Source: Octopus bimaculoides
Lineage: Eukaryota
DNA length: 64,000 bases
NCBI RefSeq assembly: GCF_001194135.2
Contig: NC_068994.1
Coordinates: forward strand, 48,327,852 to 48,391,851
Reading direction: 5' to 3'
Within the stretch, counting starts at the first letter, position 1. Each line of letters opens with the position of its first letter. The notes below the pieces were generated by a model. It saw only the letters and a list, made by a program, of their open reading frames with translations, searched no databases and was not told the DNA's origin. This document shows, piece by piece, positions 26,348 to 38,432 of this stretch. The position numbers and the translations under genes are program-made.

Positions 26348-29300
26348 NNNNNNNNNNNNNNNNNNNNNNNNNNNNNNNNNNNNNNNNNNNNNNNNNNNNN
26401 NNNNNNNNNNNNNNNNNNNNNNNNNNNNNNNNNNNNNNNNNNNNNNNNNNNNNNNNNNNNNNNNNNNNNNNNNNNNNNNNNNNNNNNNNNNNNNNNNNNN
26501 NNNNNNNNNNNNNNNNNNNNNNNNNNNNNNNNNNNNNNNNNNNNNNNNNNNNNNNNNNNNNNNNNNNNNNNNNNNNNNNNNNNNNNNNNNNNNNNNNNNN
26601 NNNNNNNNNNNNNNNNNNNNNNNNNNNNNNNNNNNNNNNNNNNNNNNNNNNNNNNNNNNNNNNNNNNNNNNNNNNNNNNNNNNNNNNNNNNNNNNNNNNN
26701 NNNNNNNNNNNNNNNNNNNNNNNNNNNNNNNNNNNNNNNNNNNNNNNNNNNNNNNNNNNNNNNNNNNNNNNNNNNNNNNNNNNNNNNNNNNNNNNNNNNN
26801 NNNNNNNNNNNNNNNNNNNNNNNNNNNNNNNNNNNNNNNNNNNNNNNNNNNNNNNNNNNNNNNNNNNNNNNNNNNNNNNNNNNNNNNNNNNNNNNNNNNN
26901 CCCCCCCCAACTTCTCTCTAGATCTCTCACTCTCATATGAAGGGTAAAGTCTAAAGAATATACTTTATGCCCCTCATAGCAAATTAGCTTGTTGAACAAC
27001 CATGGTACATAATGACTTGGTTCATCATTGATGAATACCTCATATAATCTGGAACTATATTGTAAAAGTCTTTCAGCTTCTGTCTGAATATCAAAGGTCA
27101 GATGCTGTTTGAGACGTCTTTTGTCCAATAACACACACTATATTGTTGTTTATACCTGTCCCCAGAGTGTATGCCATTGTGCTTATGGGGATACTGAAGT
27201 GGAAGCAATAATGGGTTGCCAGATTAAGTCTTCTTTGGTATTTAGCTACAACCCTTTTCATTCTGAGTTCAAATGTTTGCTGGATTTAATTTTGCTTCTT
27301 AAACATTCTGGATTGATAAAATAACAGTGATATAATGGGTCATAGCCTCCCACAAAGTTTGTCCTTGTGTCTCAGAAATCATTATTCTTATCGTTTGGAT
27401 TGTAGAGTGACAGGAGTAGTATGTTAGGCCAAAAGCACTGCAGTTCTGCAAGTTCAAATGCCATTGGATTTTACTTTACCATTTGATCTGCTAAGTTGAT
27501 AAAATAGTTACTGTTTATGTTTTGGAAATTGATTTGAACCAGTATACTTTCCACACTCAATGCATTGTTAATCATTTGTAAAACCAAAGCAAGTGTCTAC
27601 TTCTAGACAAAACAAGTGTCTACTTCTAGATGTTTAATCTCTGGCCAATCCTAATTGAATAGATCAGACATTCCTGCGTGATCATCCTATCTTTTTAAGG
27701 AGTATATTGAGCTTCATTGTCTCTTTTTTTTGTTGTTATTAATTGTTGTTTTGCTTCAAGTCCAGCAGATATGATCAGTCATTCTAGCCCTGGCCATCCT
27801 GTCTTTTTTCCTTTCATTTCTGATATAGTGTATCTGGGATTTACTTATCTAATGTGCCTTTCCCTCTTTAAAATGTTAGGGTGTAAATTTGAGAGATGTG
27901 ACTGCCATTTCTTGCAGGTTGAGCAGTGCCATAGAGGCTCTCTTCCACTGACAAATGACAGAGCCTCTTCATTAAGACAGGATGGTCAAGGACAGAATAC
28001 TTTTGATCATGTCTGCTCATAGCTGACTTGGGTCGAAACATCATCAACAACAATTTGTCTTTAAGGCAAGTTGTTAAGCCTGGACATAAATTTCCAGTAA
28101 AATAGGTACCACCTATATTCTGGGAACTGTTTTGATTGACTACACTCTTGCATATTTATGACTTGTCCTAATATAAAGATAACTTTGTATTTTGGTTGCT
28201 GTTGGCTTTTAGATAACGGTTTCTTTTAAAGCTGTATAAGTAAGTGTGCAAGCCTGAATGTTGTATTTGCTCAATGCCAAAAGGAAATTAAATCAAAGTG
28301 TTTTTAAACAGTTGCATGTTTCATAAGCTCACAGTGTTGTTAAATGACCTAATTTGGCAGCTACATTTGCTACGTCACAACCTTGAGATTAAGAACAGTA
28401 TGTAAATTTTTTATCACCTCATTAGAAATATGTGCTTTTGATGATTTCTGAGTTATAATGATTACTTTGAAAATACAGTATTCTTTCATTCTTTTACTGG
28501 TTTCAGTATTTGGACTGGGGCCTCATTTCCAAAAGTATAGTCAATAATATCAATCCCAGTACTTGATTGGAATTTATTTTATTAATCTTAGAAGGACTAA
28601 GAGAAAAGTTGACATAGCTGGGAAGCAAACTCAAGATGTAAAAGTACATAAATAAATATCAAAAGATATATTGTCTGATATCTTACTAATTCTTCCATTC
28701 TCTGACTTGTGGACTTCATTTTCTTTACTTGTCACTGGTGTTGGTAATGGTAGAGTCTGTTTGTCATGATGTATTTGCATGTGACAAGAATATTGCTGTC
28801 ATACTACCTCTTTCCTGTCATTTTTGCTCCTTGTGTATATTTCCTTGCACAGCTGTCATTTTCTCTACAGTGGTTTCCTTGCACAGCTGTTGCCTGTAAT
28901 TGGCATCTGTTTCGAATGATGGTTCTATGCTGTTGTGCTTACATATTCATTACCTTTACTTTATCCCTTCCCCATTGCTTATCCTCAGTCAGTGTATTTT
29001 TGAATCTCCAGTAAATTGATATTGCCGGGACAGCCTGAACTACTCAAATGGAATATTTGTGTGTTGTGACACAGGCTTGCACACACAAAATGCTCTAGAT
29101 AAATATGTACGTAATAGGCTTATATCCCAGACTAAAGATATTATAGTGAGATCAGGACAGAGAAACTATTGGAGCAAAGCAGCTTTATAACTCTGTGTGT
29201 GTTTTAAGCTAACAGTTAAGTTTTTAACAGCAAAAAAAAAAGAAACAAAGCCTATCAAAGAAATTCATTATATATTGTTTCTCATATTATTGTTTAACAC

Positions 29301-30386
29301 AAACACACACACTATGCATTGATATAAAATGAAAGAGTGTGGAAGTTATGTAGACAAAATGTATGTATATATATATATATATGATAGCTTGGGATTGTTA
29401 ATCCAAATTTTGGTTTCACACAACTCTTTTTCATTGGCAAACAAAGCTTGTCTTTGTTCAAACCAATTTGTAAAACCTGAACATAGATTAAGTCTCCGGT
29501 TTAATCTATAAAGATATATTTAAAATAATGAAACAATAAAAAAATCATATGGAGATATAAGCACTCGTTTTTGCTGAATTGTCAAACTTCGACTATAAAT
29601 AGTGCTTTCATGTTGCTGTTAATTGAAGAAATAAACAAAAGGGTGTTGGACCAAGTAAGATTTTACATGGTCACTCAACCTGTGAGAAATAACTGCCAAA
29701 TCTTATTCAAAGCCCAACTCTATCATCTTAAAAAGAAATGGACAGTGGATTAGGAAGTCTTATATACGTTATCCTTATGAAGGAGATGACAAAGCACTGA
29801 GATGTCTGATTCTTTGCTGTTCTCAAGAAGACCCGTTCATCATAGCAGAATTGATACCAGCGCTTGTGCTATGTAAAAAGCACTGGTACCACATAAAAAG
29901 CAATCAGGCTGGTGCCATGTTAAAAGCACTGATGCATAAAAAGCATCCAGTACACTCTGTAAAGTGGTTGGCATTAGGAAGGGCATCCAGCCACAGGAAC
30001 TATGCCAGAACAGACAATGGAGTCTGGTGAGGTCCCTGGCCCTACCAGCTCCTGCCAAACTGCTGCCATAAACCTTGTGCTTTTATTAGAAACCATTTTC
30101 ATTAGTAGAAGCAGCAGTAGAGCACTAGTGTACAGTATTTGTTTCTTTCATTTAGTATTCCGGATTCACATTTGCGATGGGTGATTTTGTCCTTCCTCTC
30201 TCTCTTGTTGATAAAATATACTTAGTGATGTACTGAGTTGAGTTCTATTATTCACACCAACTCCTCTCCATATTTTTAGAATTGTGCTAATAGTAAGAAG
30301 TAATTATAATTATTTTTTGTATTTCTTATTTGATGTATTATTTTTATGTTTCTGTTTAATTTTATAATTTTTTTTTTATCCTCCAG

Positions 30387-30561
30387 CTTGCCAATCTCTT
30401 TGTTATGTGCTTACTGGTCATTGCCACTGTACATCCAGAACTCCTGAAAGTTTTCCGATCATCCTCTCCTATTGAGTTTGATAGATATTTACTGAAAGAG
30501 GACCAGAACAATTGGGAACCCTACAAGAATGGACTGTTTGATTCAATATGGAGGAGCAAAG
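30387..30561 (+). CDS. LAPTM4: LAPTM4 coding exon 2 (LANLFVMCLLVIATVHPELLKVFRSS...FDSIWRSK)
   Basis: ctccag|CTT acceptor and G|gtaact donor; 175 nt, phase 0/1. Completes TM1 and encodes the luminal loop. Confidence 0.9.
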
Positions 30562-30721
30562 GTAACTTGAATATTCTTGAATGTTGTTGTTGTTGATTAA
30601 CTCCATCCCAACCCTGATTCAAAAGACTTCTGGTGAAAGATATTCCTCTTGCAATTGTCCCATCTTTTTTCTTTCTTATATTTTACTTCAGGTTTTTTTT
30701 TCTTATATTATATATAAGAAA

Positions 30722-31362
30722 TGTGCCCTGAAGAATGGGTTCTCTATGGAAATGTCAAGTGCTGAAGACAGTGGGTAGGGAAAGGAGAAACACTGGCACC
30801 CAGGCTAAAGAAGGTCTTCAACCACATAAGGTGTTTTCTGTTTGATGGGATATGGAAGGTTTAGTCCACATTGAACTTTTAAAGCCAAACCAAAGGATAA
30901 CAAAAACTACTGCAAGCAGCTTGAGCAGCTTAAGTCAGTGCCAGAAGAAAAAGGACCATCTTTGGTTTCAAGGCAAAAGGTGTTCCTCCATCAGGATAAT
31001 GCTCAGCCACATACAGTGAGGATGATATTCCAAAGGCTGGAGCAGTTTGAATGGGAAATGATGCCCCACCTGCCATATTTGCCGGACATTCCCCCCTCTT
31101 ATTATCATTTATTCTGCAGTCTTCAAAATCATTTGGACAGAAAATATATGAATTCTGTAGATGAGGTCAGAGTATTGGAAGAGTATTTTTGGTCATGGAC
31201 AAGTGAATTTTGGAAGAGGGGCCTTGCAAGTCTACCAGAGAGATGGAAGAGCATTGTAGAAAATGAAGGAGAGTATATTTTAGATTAAAAAACAACTTTA
31301 TCTTAATTTTGAAAAATAAAAGTAGTATAAAAAAAAACCCACATTTATGGGATGACCCAATA
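30722..31362 (+). mobile_element. Mariner transposase pseudogene, catalytic (3') half with right TIR, in LAPTM4 intron 2
   Basis: EEWVLYGNVK.RQW (decayed first-D block), LHQDNAQPH and HLPYLPDIPPSYYHLF (YSPDLAPSDY-like), WKSIVENEGEYILD*; mariner-like TIR ...tatgggatgacccaa followed by TA; in-frame stops and frameshifts. Confidence 0.9.
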
Positions 31363-31974
31363 TATTTATGTTTATGTATGTCTCCTTGTCATGATGTCAC
31401 TTGATACTTGTAAATGTGTGTCACCATCATACAAATAGTGTCATTTGTTTCTAATCTGCTGTGAAAATATGTCCAGCCAAGTGGAAATATTACCTTGCTT
31501 GGAAACAAGTGAGGGTTGGCAACAGGAAGGGTATCTGGCTCTAGAAAATTTGCCTCAATGAATTCCATCCTCGCAAGCATGGAAGAGTGGAAATTAAAAT
31601 GGTGATGCTCACACACAAACACACACACACATTACTAAATGGGAAGAGTAATGAATACATGGTGCAGAGTATAATTACTTGTACATGGCTGGGGATTCAC
31701 TCTGCTCTGAAATGTTGCCAGAAGGATTGGATTAAGTGAGAGACTTTGAGTAATGACAGAATAAATATCTTTGCACAAATATGTTTGTACAATGTTCCTG
31801 TTATAGACGTACATATGTGAAATGCATGGATCTGTGTGTCTTTCAGTGTTAGTGTCTTTTTCTTTTATTTTATGCTGCTTTTTGTCCCATTTTGTTGCAT
31901 ATTGTTTGGTTTTATGTGTGTGTGTGTGTGCATGCGCAATGTAATAATGTTTACTCAAATCTTATCTTTTATAG

Positions 31975-32051
31975 AAGATCTGTGTGTTGTCTATGCCATC
32001 ACCCTCTGCTCTACAACAATGTGTGTCCTCCTCATCTATGGTGCTGTTAAG
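31975..32051 (+). CDS. LAPTM4: LAPTM4 coding exon 3 (EDLCVVYAITLCSTTMCVLLIYGAVK), TM2
   Basis: atag|AA acceptor and AAG|gtattt donor; 77 nt, phase 1/0. Contains the YGA motif of the family. Confidence 0.9.
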
Positions 32052-32529
32052 GTATTTACTATTTTGTTCTTCCATGTTTAAGCAACAACAAACATAACAG
32101 TTTACCTCTAGACTTTTCTCTCTGTTTCTCTGAACCCCACCTTTCTGACCCTCCTCTCTCTGATCCCCCTTCTCTCTGATCCCCCCTCTCTCTTTCTCTC
32201 ACTCTAGCCCTCATCTCTTTCTGACTTTTCCTTTGCCTTCTCTGATCCTGTCTATTCTGTCCCTCTCTTTTCTCTTTTGAAACATTCCTCACAGTGTGAA
32301 ATAGAGGTCCAGTGTATATAGTCTATGCTTTGTATCATTACATGATGTCAAAAGCCACTTGTGTTGTGTGTCATTTCAATCTTCACACAAATATATGAAA
32401 AATGTTTCAACATTTAAATACACACAAAGAAAAGAAGCTGTTTTACACCTGCTTCATCTCAGTTCCCATTTCTCTATTGTAGCTGGTATCATAATAATGA
32501 CTATTCATTAGTCAGAGGAGGAAAGGCAG

Positions 32530-33290
32530 CTCCCATGATGTTTTTCAGACTCCAAGACTGGTGGAAGGAAGGTAGGAAGCTTTCCTTCAAACTGGAGGCC
32601 TGATCTGAATACCAGTATATCACTGGTACCTATTTTATTTACTCTATCAAGTACAAAAAAAAGTGGGGACCAAAGTTGACCTCAGTGGAATTTGAACTCA
32701 TTACACAAAATGCCTTAACTAAATACTCTAAGGCATTAAAAATTTTTAATACTTTTGCTGCTCTGCCAAATCTGTCATCTACTGCAAAAGAAGGATATTG
32801 ACAGTTTACCTAAAATTTCATTATAATAAAACATTTTTCAAAAATAATAAATTCTTATTTTGGCATAGGGCCAGAAATAGAGGAGGGAACAGTAAATTCT
32901 ATCAACCTTCAGTTCTTCACTGATATTTTATTTTATCAACCAAAGTTAACCTTTTCTGGATTTGAACTCAGAGTCTAAATGATGGGATCACGTACTGCAA
33001 GGAATTTTGTCTCATATTCTAATGATTTAGCAAAATGCTACACATTTTGTAGGCAATTTAGTCAACTAGCAATATTTAATTGGTATGGTGTGTTTACTCT
33101 GGAAAGATGAAAGGCAAAGACCATTTCAGCAGGATTATTTTGTAAAGGAGAAATATAATCAATTGAACTGATCTCAATATTTGGTGAGTAATCACCTTTC
33201 GTTTCCCTACAAAAATAGGCCAGAAAAATTGGTTTCTGTCGGATTTGAACTTGGAATTTAGATGGCTAGAACTCATTGCAGTAAAGCATT
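32530..33290 (-). mobile_element. Three reverse-oriented family A copies in LAPTM4 intron 3
   Basis: aaagttgacctcagtggaatttgaactca-type cores at about 32.67, 32.94 and 33.24 kb. Confidence 0.7.
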
Positions 33291-33409
33291 TAATCTGAGC
33301 ACTTCATTAAGACACTTATACCACTTCATAGTAAACAATAAAAGAGAAAGATTGTTTGTGTAGTGAGAATAGTAAGATAAAGCTATGAAAATTTACATTT
33401 ATCTGAATC

Positions 33410-33915
33410 TCTTTTTTTTTTTCTGTCTGTCCAAATTTCCCTTTTTGTCTAACTGAATCTTTTTGCCTGTCCTGTCTGTTTGAATCTCCCTTTTTTTGTC
33501 TGTTTGAAACCCCATTTATTCTGTCTGTCTGAATCTCCCTTTTTTTTCTGTCTGTCTGTCTGAATCACCCATTTTTTCTGTCTGTCTGAATCTCCCTTTT
33601 TTTCTGTCTGTCTCTTTGAATCTTCCTTTTTTCCTGTCTGTCCGAATCTCTATTTTTTCTTGTCTGTCTGTCCGAATCTTTCTTTTATTCCCATCTGTCT
33701 TCCCGAATCTTCCTTTTTTCTCTGTCTGTCTGTTCAAATCTCCCTTTTTTCCCATCTGTCTGTCTGAATCTCCCTTTTTCTCTGTCTGTCTGAATCTCCC
33801 TTTTTCTCTGTCATCTGTCCAAATCTTCCTTTTTCCTGTCTGCCTGTCTGACTGAATCTACCTCTTTTTTTGTGTCTGTCCAAATCTCCCTTTTTACCTG
33901 TCTGGAACCCTAGTC
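33410..33915. repeat. Minisatellite of about 20 degenerate units of about 23-25 bp (ctgtctgtctgaatctccctttttt)
   Basis: Directly visible tandem repetition in LAPTM4 intron 3. Confidence 0.9.
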
Positions 33916-34220
33916 TGTTTAGAATCTGTTTCAGCATTTTCACCCATACATTCATATGAAATTACACAAATGTCATAAAGACACCTACTGACAGAAATAC
34001 TCATATAGACACTTATGCACATATCCCAGCAGCTGAGTACATGCATCTACAGGCAAACGTGATGAAGAGGCATCGGCATAAATGTATACACAGACATATA
34101 CACTTATGTATAGATGAACAGATATACAACTATACTGACACACACATACACACACTGTTGATGTAGTGTTTCTTCATTGTTGTATAACTACTAACCATTT
34201 TTGTCTCTTGTCTGTTACAG

Positions 34221-34349
34221 AATCGACCTGGATACCTGATTCCTTTCTTTGGTCTTCAGGTCTTTGACTTCTGTCTTAGCTGTCTGACTATTGTTGGATC
34301 TTCCCTCTTTACAACAAACATTAAAGTGTGGCTCAAGGAACAAAGACTG
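34221..34349 (+). CDS. LAPTM4: LAPTM4 coding exon 4 (NRPGYLIPFFGLQVFDFCLSCLTIVGSSLFTTNIKVWLKEQRL), TM3
   Basis: ttacag|AAT acceptor and CTG|gtgagt donor; 129 nt. IPFFxxQxFDF motif as in LAPTM4A/B. Confidence 0.93.
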
Positions 34350-35411
34350 GTGAGTATAGACGTGTGTGTGTGTGTGTGTGTGTGTGCATGTTTTTTACAA
34401 ATGAATGACTAATTATTGTTTAACTTTTAAGGTTCTATACTGGAAATATCTGCAACTGTTGCTAAATCCTAAACTTCATGAAACTGCAATTCATATGTTG
34501 TTTCTGAGCAAAAAAAAACTGGAGCTAGGCACTCTTTAGCATAAGGAACACATTTTAGAATTTCTTGTCAAAAGACTTTCTGTTTGCACCGTGTGTGTTT
34601 ATTTGTTGTATTTTATTGGATGAATTTCTTGGTAATTTTACTCTGGAATTTTTCTTTGTTCAGTTTTCAAGCCTAATATTTGTTAAAAAATCTGAAGCAG
34701 TGAGTTAGAATTTGGTGATATTATGTATTAATGATTTATTTATTATTAATGATTTGGAGAAAGGAAGCTTGGACTTGGCTAAAATAGATATCGATATTTA
34801 CTGGATATCAATTCCAAACAGGAATGGAGTTACTGCATTAATTTTTTCTTAGTAAATGGTAAAAATTATAAAAAAAAGAAAAATAATAATTTTAGGCAAA
34901 CCATCTAAGGGAAATAATTTCTAACACTATTGTCTTGAATTATGTCCCATATAACATTTTTACTTGTTTGTAATACTGGAAACGCCATATGCTTAACCAT
35001 TATGACAGATTAAAAAAAAAATAAAAGTTTTGAATTCAGTTATCTAATGAGTATTACTCAAAAGGTACTTCTTTTGGTTTCGTCACACATTCTTGTCTGT
35101 GATGCATTTGCTCCAGAGTGGTTGATTGGATTATGATGTGAATTTGTTGGTAGAGGCTGGTTCAACTCATCTTGAGTGAATGCCAACACAAGTACAATGC
35201 ATTTTTGTCAATAGAATGTATACACATGACACTAACATATTGGCATCGTTCATGTCACATGCTACCCTTCCATTACAAAATTTAACAATGTGCCTAGTTT
35301 AGATAAGGAAACTGTTTTTTGTCACTTTCTTTTCAGGTTTTGCCTAAGAATATTTTTCCAAAGTGACTCTTCCTGGAATTATGTGATTTTTTTTTTTTAT
35401 ATCTTATTCAG

Positions 35412-35507
35412 GATAACTGTCCTGGCTTCCAACGCCTAATGGAGATGGACAGTGATCTTCAGATGTTATTGATTGTCATCTTCATTGTGGTATTCCTGCT
35501 TATCAGG
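35412..35507 (+). CDS. LAPTM4: LAPTM4 coding exon 5 (DNCPGFQRLMEMDSDLQMLLIVIFIVVFLLIR), start of TM4
   Basis: ttcag|GAT acceptor and AGG|gtgagt donor; 96 nt, phase 0/0; hydrophobic run. Confidence 0.9.
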
Positions 35508-36236
35508 GTGAGTGTATAAAATGCATATTTCTCTACTTTTTTTCTTGTTTGCCATGTCTCTCTCTTTTTCCACTGTTTCTCCCCACTCCCAAGTGTCTGT
35601 CTTTGTTCTTCTCTCCCTTTCTTCCTCCTAGTTGCAGATATTCAACTTAATTTACTTATACTAGCGGGACCTGTGAATATTTCACGGAATTAATGGTAAA
35701 CTTATTGGGTTATTTCTGAAAACTTTATCCAAAAGACCTGAAAGTATAGCCTGTGTTGTGTCTGTATCAAAATATAATCTCTCATCTGCTGCTCTTTGAA
35801 AAGTGAAGGAAATTGGAATATGATGATTATTTAATGTATTTATATATACACTTTATATACTCTGTACACAATTCTATAGACTTAATACACAGCACTCTCC
35901 CTCTTTCTCTCTCACTTTTTGCCTTACCCATTTTTTCCTCTCTCCTTTTTCTTTCGCTCTTCAAATTTCCCTTCAACTAATCATGTAAAGGTGTTGTAGA
36001 CTGGCTAAGTAACAGAGGAAAAAATCTTAGTTCAGAAAAAAAGATTACACACTTCACGCACCACCATCTCCCCCTCTCTCCTCTGATTCCCTCCCCTCCC
36101 CTCCCCTCCCCAGGAATTGAAATCACAATCTTATGAGCATGACCCTAACTACTAAATCACATACCTCCACTCTCTTTTTCTCTCTGTTGATACATTATTA
36201 TATATATAATGTATGTATATGATTCTTCTTTTTCAG

Positions 36237-36338
36237 GCTTACTGTTTGGGAGTCATCTGGTCTTGCTATAAGTATGCCCAGCTGGTATCTGCAGGAAGGA
36301 ACCTTATTCGGGAATACAGAGTGGACCCTGATACTGAG
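36237..36338 (+). CDS. LAPTM4: LAPTM4 coding exon 6 (AYCLGVIWSCYKYAQLVSAGRNLIREYRVDPDTE)
   Basis: tttcag|GCT acceptor and GAG|gtaagc donor; 102 nt. Y..xVWxCYKY-type motif of the family. Confidence 0.92.
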
Positions 36339-36963
36339 GTAAGCTTTTAATTAATCTAAGCCAGTGTTGTTAGCGAAGACATTGTCGCAATAAATATGTA
36401 ATGTTCAGTGGCTGTTTTTGTTTTGATCAGCCCTGATTGAGCAGATTTATTGTGGGGAGTTGAACGACTGGATGTGATCCACAATTTCACTAATCCAGAT
36501 ATGGAGAAAAAAAAAATGAACTGCAAAGAAGATAATGTTACATACTGATTTCTCTTGATCGTGTATTGTATGGTAGTAGAAGAATGTTGATTTTTTTTTT
36601 TCCGCCCTTACTGAATACTTGTTGGTAGGGTGTGATTTGGAAGAAGTTTGCAATTTTTAACAATGACAACAGAAGCTCCCTGTCTCTTGTATACCTGTGG
36701 GTTAGATGGTAGCAGCAGTTGCTGTTTTTTTAAAATTGTTCTTTACACTTTTATTGGGTGTCTCTCTCTGCTTCCAACCTGTTTCCAGTACAATGATGTT
36801 ATTGCAACTGCTGCTAATTTTGCTGTGCTGTTGCTATTGTTCAGCTTTATATCAGCATTGACTGAGTTGACTCATGATCAAAAGCATTCCATCTACGACC
36901 ATCCAGTCTTTTTTTTTTCCAGCTGTTCTCTTTTATTCTCTGTTTGTTGTTTAGCTGCATATT

Positions 36964-37364
36964 GTTGTGTTGTTGTTGTTGTTGTTGGCACTCCGTCGCT
37001 TCCGGCGTCGAGGGTTCCAGTTGATCCGATCAACGGAACAGCCTGCTCGTGAAATTAACGTGCAAGTGGCTGAGCACTCCACAGACACGTGTACCCTTAA
37101 CGTAGTTCTCGGGGATATTCAGCATGACACAGTGTGACAAGGCTGACCCTTTGAATTACAGGCACAACAGAAACCGGAAGTAAGAGTGAGAGAAAGTTGT
37201 GGTGAAAGAGTACAGCAGGGTTCACCACCATCCCCTGCCGGAGCCTTGTGGAGCTTTAGGTGTTTTCGATCAATAAACACTCACAACGCCCGGTCTGGGA
37301 ATCGAAACCACGATCCTATGACCGCGAGTCCGCTTCCCTAACCACTGGGCCATTGCGCCTCCAC
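36964..37364 (-). mobile_element. Young tRNA-derived SINE (family B) with 13-bp TSD, in the last LAPTM4 intron
   Basis: On the - strand, A box TGGCCCAGTGG, B box GGTTTCGATTCC and an (AAC)n tail; TSD ttagctgcatatt at 36951-36963 and 37365-37377; highly similar to 47485-47865. Confidence 0.9.
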
Positions 37365-37415
37365 TTAGCTGCATATTAAGCATAGCTTTATTTGCGTTTG
37401 GTCTTTCTTTTTCAG

Positions 37416-37631
37416 ATGCTTCTGCCACCAAGCTATGAAGATGCCATTAAGGTCCCGTTGTCAGAGCTGGCAGCCATGTCACATTCATCTCAGCAGATCC
37501 CACCTCCTCCTTATATGATGTCTCTTGCTCCAGTTGTTGATGCCTCTACAACCACCTCTGATGCTAGTAGTAGTAGTAGTACACCAACAACCACCACTAC
37601 TACTACTACAAACAGTGATAATGGTAATTAG
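37416..37631 (+). CDS. LAPTM4: LAPTM4 terminal coding exon with PPSY and PPPPY motifs and a Ser/Thr tail; total protein 299 aa
   Basis: ttcag|ATG acceptor, TAG at 37629-37631. PY motifs (Nedd4 WW-domain ligands) are characteristic of LAPTM C-termini. Confidence 0.92.
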   Translation: MLLPPSYEDAIKVPLSELAAMSHSSQQIPPPPYMMSLAPVVDASTTTSDASSSSSTPTTTTTTTTNSDNGN

Positions 37632-38426
37632 GGAGGTTGATGAGTGTTCCAGAACATGTGCATACACACATTCTTACACGCATTTGCACATACATGCAAA
37701 CACATAACCACTGTATATAAAGAATACAAGCACTACATATAGTATATAAAATGCTCTCTCTCTCTTTCTTCCCGTAATATGCACCTATTAAATATAGTAT
37801 ATGTATACAAACATGGTCGTACACACAGACGCACACGGTTTACACATGCACACATGTACATATTATGTATGTAAGCACATGCACAGACAAGCACATGTAT
37901 ATACATTGATTACACATACACACACACACACACACACACAACACACACACACGTATATGCCTGTGTATGAGCGTGTATGAGCCACATGTATAGCGACACA
38001 CCCATCCACACATGTATATGCGTATGTGTGATCTACATGTATAGCTATACACACACCTACATACAAACATACACAGCAGTTACAAGTATATATATATATA
38101 TATATGTGATCTCTCTCTCTCTAATATATTTCTCTGTATAAATAGACTTTCAAAAGCTCAAAGATGTGCTGGTCTCCTTAATTACCAAAATTACCTATTC
38201 CCTTTTAACCATTTGATGACTGGTGTAATTAGTTCATCCACACCAAACCCTCTCTACAAGTTCTCATTTTTGAAATTTTCTCTTCTGTGTCTTGTTACTG
38301 CGTCTTTGTGGTGGTGGTTTGTGTTGGGGTAGAGGGATGGGTGAGGGAGTATGTAGCAGGTAGTTTGTAATGGCGTCCAAACAATTTCAAGTGCATCTAC
38401 ATATATTGTGTGTGCAGTTCTGCTTG

Positions 38427-38432
38427 AATAAA
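38427..38432 (+). terminator. Candidate polyadenylation signal of LAPTM4 (one of several AATAAA in the 3' region)
   Basis: aataaa followed by U/GU-rich sequence. Alternatives at about 38641 and 38791; actual usage unknown. Confidence 0.3.

Noticed and set aside
26901-27134. Protein-looking - strand frame MLLDKRRLKQHLTFDIQTEAERLLQY...
   Set aside because: No recognisable motif and no convincing splice signals; it lies antisense in LAPTM4 intron 1.
33410-33915. CRISPR-like array or repetitive protein ORFs (RQTEKKG repeats)
   Set aside because: Eukaryotic intronic context, no unique spacers and no cas genes; it is a minisatellite.
35659-35700. Possible - strand Helitron 3' end (hairpin followed by CTAG|t)
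   Set aside because: The stem is short and AT-rich and no matching A|TC 5' end was found.
36985-37364. tRNA gene suggested by A and B boxes (also at 47.8 kb and 44.8 kb)
   Set aside because: The boxes are SINE heads followed by an unrelated body, tail and TSDs; there is no complete cloverleaf gene.
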